DNA of 64,000 bases from Eledone cirrhosa (lineage: Eukaryota), in contig OZ024752.1 in the NCBI GenBank assembly GCA_964016885.1, positions 47,554,001 to 47,618,000 on the forward strand, written 5' to 3'. A program made the translations under genes and the position numbers. The notes beneath the pieces are model-generated. The model had not been told where the DNA came from and made no database searches. It worked only from the letters and a program-made list of their open reading frames with translations. Positions 42,605-56,750 of this stretch are shown here, in pieces (the first letter of the stretch is position 1; every line of letters begins with the position of its first letter).

Positions 42605-44690
42605 TTAAACCTTTTGATATCAACCTGACCAAAACTGGCCCCGGTTCTATGAAACAAAACTACCCATTTTAAAGGGTTTTTCTTTATATTAAAATCTTCT
42701 CACATTGTATAAGACCCTTGTATTAAGTTACTTCCTTAGCAATGAAATAATTAATAATTTTAGTGAATTCATAAAAGTTTTCATTAATCTATTTGATACC
42801 AACCTTGACAAAAACAGCTCCGATTCTATAAAATATTTTAAAGTGTTCCTGTTTAGATTAAAATCTTCCAATATTGTATATTATATAAGACCCATATATT
42901 AAGTTACTTCCTTAGCAATGAAATAATTAATAATTTTAGTGAATTCCTAAAAGTTTTCATTAATCTATTTGATACCAACCTTGACAAAAACAGCTCTGAT
43001 TCTATAAAATATTTTAAAGTGTTCCTGTTTAGATTAAAATCTTCCAATATTGTATATTGTATAAGACCCATATATTAAGTTACTTCCTTAGCAATGAAAT
43101 AATTAATAATTTTAGTGAATTCCTAAAAGTTTTCATTAATCTATTTGATACCAACCTTGACAAAAACAGCTCTGATTCTATAAAATATTTTAAAGTGTTC
43201 CTGTTTAGATTAAAATCTTCCAATATTGTATATTGTATAAGACCCATATATTAAGTTACTTCCTTAGCAATGAAATAATTAATAATTTTAGTGAATTCCT
43301 AAAAGTTTTCATTAATCTATTTGATACCAACCTTGACAAAAACAGCTCTGATTCTATAAAATACTTTAAAGTGTTCCTGTTTAGATTAAAATCTTCCAAT
43401 ATTGTATATTGTATAAGACCCATATATTAAGTTACTTCCTTAGCAATGAAATAATTAATAATTTTAGTGAATTCCTAAAAGTTTTCATTAATCTATTTGA
43501 TACCAACCTTAACAAAAACAGCTCTGATTCTATAAAATATTTTAAAGTGTTCCTGTTTAGATTAAAATCTTCCAATATTGTATATTGTATAAGACCCATA
43601 TATTAAGTTACTTCCTTAGCAATGAAATAATTAATAATTTTAGTGAATTCCTAAAAGTTTTCATTAATCTATTTGATACCAACCTTGACAAAAACAGCTC
43701 TGATTCTATAAAATATTTTAAAGTGTTCCTGTTTAGATTAAAATCTTCCAATATTGTATATTGTATAAGACCCATATATTAAGTTACTTCCTTAGCAATG
43801 AAATAATTAATAATTTTAGTGAATTCCTAAAAGTTTTCATTAATCTATTTGATACCAACCTTGACAAAAACAGCTCTGATTCTATAAAATATTTTAAAGT
43901 GTTCCTGTTTAGATTAAAATCTTCCAATATTGTATATTGTATAAGACCCATATATTAAGTTACTTCCTTAGCAATGAAATAATTAATAATTTTAGTGAAT
44001 TCCTAAAAGTTTTCATTAATCTATTTGATACCAACCTTGACAAAAACAGCTCTGATTCTATAAAATATTTTAAAGTGTTCCTGTTTAGATTAAAATCTTC
44101 CAATATTGTATATTGTATAAGACCCATATATTAAGTTACTTCCTTAGCAATGAAATAAATAATTTTAGTGAATTCCTAAAAGTTTTCATTAATCTATTTG
44201 ATACCAACCTTGACAAAAACAGCTCTGATTCTATAAAATATTTTAAAGTGTTCCTGTTTAGATTAAAATCTTCCAATATTGTATATTGTATAAGACCCTT
44301 GTATTAAGTTACTTCCTTAGCAATGAAATAATTAATAATTTTAGTGAATTCCTAAAAGTTTTCATTAATCTATTTGATACCAACCTTGACAAAAACAGCT
44401 CTGATTCTATAAAATATTTTAAAGTGTTCCTGTTTAGATTAAAATCTTCCAATATTGTATATTGTATAAGACCCTTGTATTAAGTTACTTCCTTAGCAAT
44501 GAAATAATTAATAATTTTAGTGAATTCCTAAAAGTTTTCATTAATCTATTTGATACCAACCTTGACAAAAACAGCTCTGATTCTATAAAATATTTTAAAG
44601 TGTTCCTGTTTAGATTAAAATCTTCCAATATTGTATATTGTATAAGACCCATATATTAAGTTACTTCCTTAGCAATGAAATAATAATTTT
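42605..44690 (+). repeat. 176-bp satellite, ~11 copies, derived from the left end of MITE family B
   Basis: Near-identical 176-bp units (ORF track period 176). Each unit contains ttaatctatttgataccaacc, resembling the TTAA-accttttgatatcaacc end at 42605. Confidence 0.92.
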
Positions 44691-44814
44691 TGTAAATCCA
44701 GCAAAATTCTGGTACTTTCTTTTATTGACCCGCAAAGATAAAAGGATAAAGTTTATCTTAGTTGGATTTGAACTAAGAATATGAACTAAAATACTATTTT
44801 CAATAATAATAATA

Positions 44815-45178
44815 ATAATTGTTTCTACTATTGGCACAAGGCCAGCAATTACCCAGTGTATTACTGGTACTTTATTTTATCGACCCTGTAAGGATGAAAG
44901 GCAAAGTTAACTTCGGCGGGATTTGAACTCAGAATGGCAAGGGCCGTAACTCTATGTTGCAAAGCATGGCGTCTGACCCTCTACCGATACTGCCAGTCCA
45001 CTGTCCCTTATATAATAATTGTTTCTACTTTTGGCACAAGGCCAGCAATTACCCAGTGTATTACTGGTACTTTATTTTATCGACCCCGTAAGGATGAAAG
45101 GCAAAGTTAACCTCGGTGGGATTTGAACTCAGAACCTAAAGAGCCATAACTCTATGCAGCAAAGCATGGCATCCGCCG
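44815..45178 (-). mobile_element. Two tandem SINE family 2 copies
   Basis: Cores at ~44850-44930 and ~45050-45130. Confidence 0.82.
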
Positions 45179-45982
45179 AACACAAATAATGATAAAAATA
45201 ATGGAAATAGAAATAATAATGTTTTCTTTATCGACCACAAACAGTTTACACAAACACTCCCCCAAACAAACAAGAAATAAAAATGCATTAAGGACAAGAG
45301 AGAGGAGAGTACTGGAAAGTACAATACGGAGAAACTTGTATTGTAAGAATTACTAATAGAATCTGAATTGTAGAATGAGAGGAGTTGAATACAAGATGTA
45401 CCATTGGCTAGAGGCTGTCAGAACTATGTAGGATATGATGACAATTCTCTATGTTTGAATGAGAAGAAATGAACCTGAATATTTACTGTTGTCAGTGAAA
45501 TATAACAGTGGAATATGAATACTTAGATAACTCTTGATACAATCTACCAAAAGATATAATAAATAACTTTGATGGACTTTATGTTATTGTTATAATAAAA
45601 ATAAGATAACTGAGCAAAGCAAAATACTAACCCTTCATTGTATTGTTTCTTAGGCTGGTTGTATTGTAGCTTTTACTAATGATGATGGTGATGGTGGTGG
45701 TGGTGGTGGTGGTGGTTGTGGTGGGTGTTGGGTGAGGTGGCGTTGGTGGTGGTGATGATGATGATGGTGGTGATGATGATGATGGTGGTGGTGATGGTAG
45801 TAGTGGTGGTGATGATGATGATGGTGGTGGTGATGGTAGTAGTAGTAGTGGTGATGGTAGTAGTAGTAGTGGTGATGGTTGTGGTGGTAGTGGTGATGAT
45901 GGAGATGATGATGATGATGATGATGATGTTGAGCACTAGCAGAAGATAACTGATTGAATAGAAAAAAACAAGCAAGCAAAAG

Positions 45983-46021
<39 letters not shown>

Positions 46022-46569
46022 CAGAATGAGATGGAGAGAGAGAGAGAGAGAAAGAAAGAAAGAAAGAAAGATAGAGAGAGAAAAGGAAGGGAAAACAATT
46101 GGAAGTATTCAAAAGTAACATAAGGTTTTCCTTGAAAATTTTCAAAGAAACTTTCATTCTTCGAAAGAAGGAAAACATTTTAAACAGATTGTTTCTTTTG
46201 AAACAATCTTACGACGCCATAATCCATATTGAATTCTGAAAATTTTTCCAAAATTTTAAAATAACATTATCTACAAAGTTTATTGTGGCGACAATAATCT
46301 ACAACAGCAACAACATCAACAACAACAATAATAATAACAATAGCGATAACTACTACTATTGAAATTAATACTACTAATGACACTATTACTACTACTACTA
46401 CTACTACTACTACTGAAATTATTACTACTATTATTATTATTATTGAAATTAATGCTACTAGTGATACTAGTACTACTACTACTACTACTACTACCACCAT
46501 TAATATTGAAATTACTACTAGTACTACTACTATTATTATCGAAATTACTTACTACCACTACCACTACTA

Positions 46570-46605
<36 letters not shown>

Positions 46606-46649
46606 ACTACCACTACTACCAGCACTACTACTACTACTACTACTACCAG

Positions 46650-46687
<38 letters not shown>

Positions 46688-47198
46688 TAGCTGATGCAGT
46701 AGGTTAATTCTAGGTTCATGGGTAAAACTGTAGCAGTAATATAATAAACCATTCTTTTTGCTATAAACACACACAAAAGTCTTCTCTGTGCCATTAAACA
46801 AAACAGGACTAATGTCCTATTGTGCCAGATTCTTTCTTCAGCATGCAACAAAGACAAGTGATGCAGTCACACATATTGAATGGAATGGAAAAACGTTCGG
46901 TGGTGGTGGTGGTGGTGGTGTGTCAGTGTTGGTAGGGGTGGGTTGGTGGGAAAGAAAGAAAGAGAGAGACACCCCCCTGTTGTCTCTTCTCTCTCCTCTC
47001 TCTCTACAAAAGAGCTGTGTATGTACTCAGACTCCAAGTCATTGTCAGTGACAATAAATCCTCCTTTTTAATACAACCAATCACCTAGAAGCATGACCAC
47101 GTGTGTTTGTTGTTTTAAAAGTTTAACAAAAACATGACTAAGAGATTTGCATTTCCTTCAAACATTTTCTAACAAAACTTCAAATTGAAAAATAAAAT

Positions 47199-47263
<65 letters not shown>

Positions 47264-47266
<3 letters not shown>

Positions 47267-47448
47267 GGTGTCCCTAAAAAATGTATACATACTTTATTAA
47301 AATACTGATGAAGTATGTATACATTTTTTGGCACACCCTGTATATATTTATATACATATATATATACAGGGTGTCCCTCAAAAATGCATACATACTTTTA
47401 TTAGAATACTGATGAAGTGTGTATACATTTTTTATATATATAAGGCAC

Positions 47449-47452
<4 letters not shown>
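47264..47452. mobile_element. Two adjacent ~77-bp Tc1/mariner-type mini-MITEs in (TA)n
   Basis: cagggtgtccc.aaaaaatgtatac...gtatacattttttggcacaccctg-TA (47264-47340). Second copy 47367-47452 has its right TIR interrupted by a TA tract. Confidence 0.75.
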
Positions 47453-47497
<45 letters not shown>

Positions 47498-47770
47498 CTT
47501 TCTAAATAATTTAAAATAAATAGAAGAAAAAAAACTAGAAAAAGAAACAAAAAAAACACAAAAAGATGGAAAAAAAAAAAAAGCAACCTGAAACAATGGA
47601 AAAAGAAGAAAACGAAGAAGAAACTTTTTTTTTTTTCTTCTGAAATATAAACTGTGGTAGGTGGTAGGTGCTTGGTGAGGACTGATTGGAAAGGGTTTTA
47701 GTTTGGAACAAACAGAAAAATGTGACGAACAATTGAAAGAAAATAGAAAGAAAATGGGTTTGGAAGTGAA

Positions 47771-47809
<39 letters not shown>

Positions 47810-48036
47810 AGGTTCCATGAAGTGATTAAGGGGGAACCTGATGGCTTTGGTGGTTTGGTTGAATATATAACAAGGAATGGTGGCTAAGGATTGGATTTGA
47901 GATGAAACCTTGAAATACTTTTGGAAACAAGGTCTTGCTGATGTTGTTATTGTTGTTGTTGTTGTTGATGAGGATGATGAGATGATGTTGTTGTTGTTGT
48001 TGTTGTTGTTGTTGAGGATGATGAAGGTGATAATGT

Positions 48037-48067
<31 letters not shown>

Positions 48068-49846
48068 GTTGATGATGATAATGGTGATGATGTAGGTGAT
48101 AATGTTGATGATGATAATGGTGATGATGATGATGGTGGTGGTGTTGATGTAGGTGATGATGATGATGATGTAGATGATAATTGTTTCTACTTTCGGCACA
48201 AGGCCAGCAATTACCCCAGTACATTACTGGTACTTTATTTTATCGACTCCCCCCGTATGGATGAAAGGCAAAGTTAACCGCTGCGGGATTTGAACTCAGA
48301 TCATAAAGGGACAATGGTGATGTAGGTTATAATGATGATGATGATGATGTAGGTGATAATACTTACACACATACATACATACATATATACATACATATAT
48401 ACATACATATATACATACATATATACACACATACATACATACATATATACACACATACATACATACATACATACATACATACATAAATACATAAATACAT
48501 GCATACTTACATACATACATATATACATAAATACTTACACACATACATGTACACATACACACACACATACTTAAACATACATACTTACACACATACATAC
48601 TTACACATTGACATACGTGCATACGCACAAACTTACATATGCACATACATGCACACATACTTACACATATACACACACATACATACATACATACATATAC
48701 AAACACATACAGACTCATAAACACATACACATACACACATACAAACACACAAACATATACATACACATACATATACACACATACAAACACACAAACATAT
48801 ACATACACATACATACATACACACACATACATATACAAACACACAAACATATACATACACATACATACATATACATACAAACACACAAACATATACATAC
48901 ACATAGATACATATACAAACACATACATATACACACATACAAACACACAAACATACATACACATATATACATACACACACATACATATACAAACACAAAC
49001 ATATACATACACATACATACATATACATACAAACACACAAACATATACATACACATAGATACATATACAAACACATACAAACACACAAACATATACATAC
49101 ACACAAACTCATAAACACATACATATACACACATACAAACACAGAAACATATACATACATATACATACAAACTCATAAACACATACATATACACACATAC
49201 AAACACACAAACAAATACATACATATACATACAAACTCATAAACACATACATATACACACATACAAACACACAAACAAATACATACACATACATACATAC
49301 ACATACATACATATACATACATACATATACATACATACAAGAAAAAAAAAATTATAATAATTTTCACATCCCCACCCCACACACACCTCCAACTTAAAAT
49401 ATTATTTTTGAAGGAGAAATTTTAAAGATTTAAGTGCAGTCTCCTCAAGGGAAACCAATCTTTGCCAATTCTTTGAAGGGATAAAGTAAACTTAGATTAA
49501 AAGCCTGTTCTATTTTTCTATCATTTATATTTAGATAAAATAATTTTTTTTTCTTCATTTCTCTTTCCTAACATTATTGTTTTTTTTTTTTTGCAAGTGT
49601 GTCATTATTCCAAAATCCAACACGATATAATTCTTTCGAAAAATAGAATGAAGAATAAATTCTTGTTTTAATTGTAAAATAAAATTTTTAAATATTAAAA
49701 AAAAAAAAGAAACATTCTTTTTATTGAATTAAAATATTGTTATTGTTAATATCGAAAAAAAAAAAAAAAAATTTTTTTCTTTTCTTTTCATATATATATA
49801 TATATATATATATGAAAATAAAATAAAAAACATTTTTATTTTTTAT

Positions 49847-49911
<65 letters not shown>

Positions 49912-50022
49912 ATGTGTATGTATGTAGGTATGTATGTGAGATGTATATCTATGTATGTATTAATTTCGAAAAAAAAAAAGAATCTTTTTTCATTTTATTT
50001 TCATATATATATATGTATGTGT

Positions 50023-50090
<68 letters not shown>

Positions 50091-50099
50091 CTATGTGTT

Positions 50100-50137
<38 letters not shown>

Positions 50138-50923
50138 ATGTGTATCTATGTAAGTGTAATATGTATATATGTATGTGTGTGATGTATATGTATGTATACA
50201 TGTATGTACCTTATATATATATATATATATATGTATGTGTGATGTACATCTATGTATCTATATATGTGTGTGTGTATGTATATGTATGTGTACATGTATG
50301 TGCATGTGTATATATATATGTATGTGTATATTTATCAGTATAATTTTTAGATGGAATGGTGAGAGAGGGATGGGAGGGGACCCGAAATAAGATAAATTAG
50401 GTTTTAGTTAGAATAGGTGCCTAACAAAACCCTTCTTTAAAGTAACATTGCTATAAATATATACCATTAATTTACTTTACACCCCACCTTAATAAAGTAC
50501 CCCTCTTCCCCCAAAAGCAGACAAAGCAGACGAACAGACAGACAGACAGACAGACAAAACAACAACAACAAATAAAAGATACAACATTAAAAATAAAAGA
50601 TAGAATGAAAGATGTTTGAAATAATGGTAAAAATAATTTTAATGATAGACAAAACAAGAGGAGCATCAACAACACCTACAACAACAACATCTATTACAAC
50701 AACAACAACAACAACACCTATTACAACAACATTATTTGTATGGATGAGACTCAAGCAAACACAATTAACATTTTTTTTACAAAAAAAAAAAAAGCAAGTC
50801 CCCTTTAACTTTTCTCTCAAAAGAAAAAAAAATCATAACATACCCCCTCACCGAAAAAACTCCAGGAACAACCTCGAGAATTTTCATCATTATTATTTTC
50901 ACCAAAATTATTTATTTATTTGA

Positions 50924-50962
<39 letters not shown>

Positions 50963-50970
50963 GTTCTGTG

Positions 50971-51313
50971 GAGGCACATGGCTTAGTGGTTAGAGCATTG
51001 ACCTTGCAATCGAAAGGTTGTGAGTTCAATTCTCAGACCAGGTGATGTGTTGTTTCCTTGAGCAAGACACTTTATTTCACATTACTCCAGTTTACTCAGC
51101 TGTAGAAATGAGATGATAGGGACTGGGGTCCCTATCATTCCACTGCAAAGTGGCCGTGGAGGTGCCACGGCAAAAAGGCACCCAGCACTCACTGTAAATG
51201 AGGTTGGTGTTAGGAAGGGCATCCAGCTGTAGAAATCAAGCCAGAATCAGTTCCCGTCCCACCCTTGCAAGCAGGGAAAAGCGGACGTAAAATGATGATG
51301 ATGATGATGATCA
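50971..51313 (+). mobile_element. Full-length SINE family 1 (tRNA head + CORE-like domain + RTE-type tail) with 10-bp TSD
   Basis: A box tggcttagtgg, B box gagttcaattc, CORE-like ccttgagcaagacacttt...cagctgtagaaatg, (atg)n tail. TSD tagttctgtg at 50961-50970 and 51314-51323. Confidence 0.9.
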
Positions 51314-51493
51314 TAGTTCTGTGATTTATAAAAAATGAACAACAATTTAAAAAGCCCCATAACCCCTAAAGAACCCCTCGTAAAATCCCACTGAGGGAGA
51401 AATAACATCAATAGTAAAGAGAAAAAGAAAATGATTCTTTAAAGTGTTGAGCTTATTATTAGAGAGATTGGTTTTGGAATTAGATTTTATAAT

Positions 51494-51672
51494 AATTGTT
51501 TCTACTTTTGGCACAAGGCCAGCAATTATCCCAGTACATTACTGGTACTTTATTTTATCGACCCCGTAAGGATGAAAGGCAAAGTTAACCTCGGCGGGAT
51601 TTGAACTCAGAATGGCAAGGGCCGTAACTCTATGCCTTAAAGCATGACGTCCGACCCTCTACCGATACTGCC
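51494..51672 (-). mobile_element. SINE family 2 copy
   Basis: Family core in reverse complement. Confidence 0.82.
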
Positions 51673-51681
51673 AATCCACCA

Positions 51682-52968
51682 ACAATAACAATAATTATGA
51701 AATTATTGTGTACAGTGTTCAGGTGCACTACAACTCATCAAAGGTGCATGTATAATACATAGAATAATGTACAAATGCCAGGAAAGTGAACAGTGTAGGA
51801 GTCATGACATACACACAGATACATGCGTGTGTGTGTACAGAGGGAGGGGGGGATATCAGGTGTAGTTTTGACGAATCTCAGGAAGCATGGAGGTTTTAAA
51901 GGATGCAGTGTCTCGACAGCTAACAACTGATGCAGGTAGTTTGTTCCATGGAGGTTTTAAAAGATGCAGTGTCTCAGCAGCTAACAACTGATGCAGGCAG
52001 TTTGTTCCATGGAGGTTTTAAAGGATGCAGTGTCTCAACAGCTAACATCTGATGCAGGTAGTTTGTTCCATGGAGGTTTTAAAAGAAGCAGTGTCTCGGC
52101 AGCTAACAACTGATGCAGGCAGTTTGTTCCATGGAGGTTTTAAAGGATGCAGTGTCTCAACAGCTAACAACTGATGCAGGTAGTTTGTTCCATGGAGGTT
52201 TTAAAAGATGCAGTGTCTCGGCAGCTAACAACTGATGCAGGCAGTTTGTTCCATGGAGGTTTTAAAGGATGCAGTGTCTCAACAGCTAACAACTGATGCA
52301 GGTAGTTTGTTCCATGGAGGTTTTAAAGGATGCAGTGTCTCAACAGCTAACAACTGATGCAGGTAGTTTGTTCCATGGAGGTTTTAAAAGATGCAGTGTC
52401 TCGGCAGCTAACAACTGATGCAGGCAGTTTGTTCCATGGAGGTTTTAAAGGATGCAGTGTCTCAACAGCTAACAACTGATGCAGGTAGTTTGTTCCATGG
52501 AGGTTTTAAAGGATGCAGTGTCTCAACAGCTAACAACTGATGCAGGTAGTTTGTTCCATGGAGGTTTTAAAGGATGCAGTGTCTCAACAGCTAACAACTG
52601 ATGCAGGTAGTTTGTTCCATGGAGGTTTTAAAGGATGCAGTGTCTCGGCAGCTAACAACTGATGCAGGCAGTTTGTTCCATGGAGGTTTTAAAGGATGCA
52701 GTGTCTCGACAGCTAACAACTGATGCAGGGAGTTTGTTCGATGGAGGTTTTAAAGGATGCAGTGTCTCGGCAGCTAACAACTGATGCAGGCAGTTTGTTC
52801 CATGGAGGTTTTAAAGGATGCAGTGTCTCGGCAGCTAACAACTGATGCAGGCAGTTTGTTCCATGGAAGTTTTAAAGGATGCAGTGTCTCGGCAGCTAAC
52901 AACTGATGCAGGGAGTTTGTTCCATGCTTCAGCAACTCTGAGTGTGAAGAAATGTTTCTGAAAGTCAT
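51682..52968 (-). mobile_element. CR1/L2-type LINE 3' end with internal tandem expansion
   Basis: Collapsing the array gives DFQKHFFTLRVAEAWNKLPASVVSCRDTASFKTSMLPEIRQNYT*, the FF..RV...WN.LP..VV....FK C-terminus typical of CR1/L2 ORF2. A 3' UTR and (tta)-like tail follow. Confidence 0.85.
51886..52926. repeat. 61-bp minisatellite, 17 copies
   Basis: Unit catggaggttttaaaggatgcagtgtctcaacagctaacaactgatgcaggtagtttgttc. Confidence 0.96.
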
Positions 52969-53504
52969 TAAAAAATTTTAATATAAAGTGTATAGGAGAG
53001 TACACATTGCACTGTGATATGAAAAGAAATTCGTCATCATCATCATCATCGTTTAACGTCTATATTCCAGACTAGCATGGGTGGGACGGGAAGTCCCTTT
53101 GTGAGGGATCAGGTGAGAGGACCTTGATTCGCATACACGGAATTGATTTTGGCTTGTTTTCTACAGCTGGATGTCCTTCCTAATGCCAACCACATTTACA
53201 AGTTGTGTGTGGATAATGGCGGCAATTGGACGAAGAAGTGTTAGAAGATCCAGGAAGACCTGGGCAGAGATGCTGAGGAGGGATGATGTCTCACATTGAC
53301 CAGAAAAAGGGAGAGAGAGACATGCATAGCAGATGGTATATATTGTTATAAGAAACTACAGAATATTAGATTGGTAGAAAGACAGATAAATATATAGAAA
53401 GACAGACAGATAAATAGATAGATGGAAAAATAATCAATCAGACAGATAGGTTCAAACAATGATGGTGATATTGATGATAGATAGATAATTAGATAGATAG
53501 ATAG

Positions 53505-53969
53505 ATTTCTTTATTAGCCACAGGGGCACAAAAGAAGGGGACAAATACAAAAGGGGAAGTTTACATACAATAAAAACGTGTAAAATGTTATCACAGATGG
53601 AATTTAAAAAGTTAGTCGATTTTCCCCAATAGAGGGAGACAGTTTATATGGGTAACACATACCCCCGAAAAAAAATGTGCAACCCTCATCTCCAGGAGTA
53701 CGAAGAGTTTATACTCCCTTCCTCTCCTCCTCCTTTTCCTCAATCTACAGGCTGATATAGAGAGAAGGCCCATTCACTGGGGCCATTCTCGCCACTTTCA
53801 CCCACCTTTCATAAAACTTGCTGGGGTACAGCACCTCTCTCTCCATCCTGATTCTTCTTCCAAAGTGGTATTTGAAAAAAAGAATCAGTTGTTGGCCGGA
53901 GAGAAAGGTGTCTGACCTCGGCCCTTTCAACCTTGTCCACCATACAACCTCTTTCGCCATAGCTATCAC
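53505..53969 (-). mobile_element. Tx1/L1-like LINE 3' fragment (ORF2 C-terminus + 3' UTR) in a (GATA)n tract
   Basis: ORF IAMAKEVVWWTRLKG...FFKYHFGRRIRMER...FYERW resembles the AK..IW..RN...F...W C-terminus of L1/Tx1 ORF2. The UTR ends ...cccctgtggctaataagaaat, like 2630 and 3050. Confidence 0.65.
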
Positions 53970-54252
53970 ACAGATAGATAGATAGATAATTAGACAGATA
54001 GAAAGATAGATTAGGAAGATAGATATGTGGAGAGATAGATAGATAGGTAGGTAAATAGACAGATAGATAGGTAGATAATTAATTAGTTAGATAGATAAAT
54101 AGATTAGGTAGATAGGTAGAGAGATAGATATATATGTGGAGAGATAGATAGGTAGGTAGGTATGTAGGTAGTCAATCTATATGTCTATATAAATAGAGAT
54201 AGAGATTGATAGATAGATAGCTAGAGAGAGAGAGAGAGACAGAGATTGATAG

Positions 54253-54289
<37 letters not shown>

Positions 54290-54294
54290 TAGAG

Positions 54295-54363
<69 letters not shown>

Positions 54364-55136
54364 CTGGGATATAGATCGATAGAAAGATATATAGATAGAT
54401 AGAAATAAAGAACTGCCAAAGAAAAAAACATAGGAAGAAAGAAACCCTTCTAATATCACGAAAGAATTTATAGACTTTGTGGCAAAATAAGAAAAAATAA
54501 AATAAAATAAAATAAAATAAGAAATATACAAATATAAAGATATATACACAAATAAAAATGGAGGAAAAAATTGAAAAAAATTGAAAATATTGAAAAAAAA
54601 AAACTCCAACATATTTTGATGGCAAATACAGCATTTAATAATTAAAATCGACAATGAAAGCTGAGATACATGATACCTGAGCAATAGAAAGAGTTTCGTG
54701 TGTTTGCTTTGAGAATGAATATAAAATTCAAAGTGAATGACAGTCCTTCCCCCCTCCCCACCCTACATACACAACAACAAACCATTACACTAGCCATACT
54801 TCAATGACATCTTCACTAAAGCTAAAGCTGGTAGGTGTAATTTTACAAGCAACAGCAGTATTGTATTTTTTTTATCATATACACGCACACGTCCACACAA
54901 ACACTCATGTGTGTGTATGTACTTACATATCTTTGTATGTAAGTATGTATGTTTGTATGTATGTATGTTTTGTATGTATGTACGTAGATGTTTGTTCGTA
55001 TGTATGAATGTACGGATGTATGTATGTACTTGTACATACATACATATGTATGTATGTACGTACATTTGTATAATTGTACGTATGTATGTTTTTATGTACA
55101 TACATATGTTGTATGTACATATGTATGTTGTATGTA

Positions 55137-55545
55137 TCATCATCATCATCACCGTTTTACGTCCATTCTTCAACGCTAGCATGGGTTAGACGGGTTGCCC
55201 TGTTGTGGGCAGTGTCCGGTCGGCTGACCTTGTCTTGCTCATATGGGAACTGATTCTGGCTTGATTTCTACAGCTGGATGCCCTTCCTAACACCAACCTC
55301 ATTTACAGTGAGTGCTGGGTGCTTTTTTTCCGTGGTGTCTACACGTCCACTTTACAGTGTGGGCTGGGTGCTTTTTTGCCGTGGCACCTCCACGACCACT
55401 TTGCCGTGGGAGGGTGTGGGGGCATATTGTCTATATGCTTCAGCTTTGACTTGTACCCGTGCAATTGAGTAAGGTCGGCTTTTATCACCTCATCCCAGGT
55501 CTCCTTGGCTCTCCCCACTCCACGGCTTCCATCGACTTCTAGTGT
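55137..55545 (-). mobile_element. RTE-tailed SINE plus RTE ORF C-terminal remnant
   Basis: Tail at 55137. Remnant LEVDGSRGVGRAKETWDEVIKADL at 55470-55543. Confidence 0.7.
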
Positions 55546-55835
55546 ATGTACATACATATGTACATATGTATGTACATATGTATGCTTGTATATGTGTACA
55601 TACATATGTATGATTGTATGTATGTACATCCGGGAGAGATGACCCCTTAGCCTTTGTCAAGGCAGAATTCTAGGAGAAGGAAAACTCTGATATAACACCT
55701 GCAACCCTGATGGTTTCCAATGATGTTGACTTGTTCTTCTTTTTGGTAAATATCATCTTTGTTAAGAGAGTGCGACTGGCTTTGTGCAGTGCCTTTGCTC
55801 ACTATAAAAGCTTCACGGCACAGGCATTGCTTTAT

Positions 55836-56040
55836 ATCTGGAGATCTCTCTGCACTTGTCATCACATGGTACCATGGGCCCGGCACTATGTGTCAATAAT
55901 TGTCACAAGTGTAGTGTTTGTACCAGAGTTTTCAAGTCGCTGGCTGGACTAAAAAGTCACACTCGTTCAGCGCATCGGTAGGGGTTCTCCTACATGGATA
56001 TAAAGTAGTGGCCATACTTGAAAAAGAGTTGGCAGCCACC
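55836..56040 (+). mobile_element. LINE (RTE-like) 3' end with C-terminal C2H2 zinc-finger motif
   Basis: 55904-55981 encodes HKCSVCTRVFKSLAGLKSHTRSAHR*. A near-identical reverse copy lies at 63673-63843. Confidence 0.65.
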
Positions 56041-56465
56041 ATGTATGTACATACATATGTATGCATATGTATGTATATACATTTGTAGTCATCCCAGCAC
56101 AAATGACTATAATAATAGTTAATCACTATAAATAATAGTTGAGAAAATCAGTCAACATAGCAATGGAGTCAGAATGAAATGGTCAGAGGTTCCTGCAATA
56201 TAATGAACCTCACATCTCTTGGATGCTTGGTGAGTCTTTTAACCATTTTGCTATGTAAGACCTGACCACAGAGTTCCATCTTTTAGAAGAGTGCCTGTAG
56301 CTAGAAGTGTAGACATTCAGTTAACTTAGGAAGCATTGGGAAAACATATCTGTGTTTGTCACTATATATATATATAGTGACTATATATATATATATATAG
56401 TGACTATATATATATATAGTGACGAAAACATAAGTCAATTGCATGAACTCATAATCCTTTATTTA

Positions 56466-56750
56466 CTGCTATATATATTTTGATGATAGCCATTGAATGG
56501 CTATGACCTCATCAGGCAGTTAGTCAGTTCTTAGATATACCAGCTCTGTGTTTATGGTGTTGATTGTATCAGAGCCTTGGGACATATGAGTTTGTTAGGG
56601 ATAATTTAATGTTGTCAGCAGGAATAGTCTTAATTCTCATTGGTCAGTTTGTAGGTGTTAGTAGGGTTGGTATTTGACCTCAAAGAGGTAGGTGGTGTTG
56701 TAAAGTTCAAACCGTCAGGCAAGATGACAATAGTTCCATATGACTGATTT
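56466..56750 (-). mobile_element. Penelope-like element 3' remnant (GIY-YIG C-terminal motif + decayed hammerhead)
   Basis: Minus frame ...GTIVILPDGLNF resembles the T..P.GLN end of PLE GIY-YIG domains. Downstream lies ctgc-CTGATGA-hairpin-(g>a)AAA-TATATA-TA-gcag at 56466-56519. Confidence 0.55.

Noticed and set aside
42705-44659. Ten near-identical 65-aa ORFs
   Set aside because: One per 176-bp satellite unit, with non-ATG starts and no coding signature.
50970-51045. Possible tRNA gene (also 5335-5410 and 63475-63550)
   Set aside because: A and B boxes are present but the acceptor stem is poor, and it continues into a SINE body with tail and TSD.
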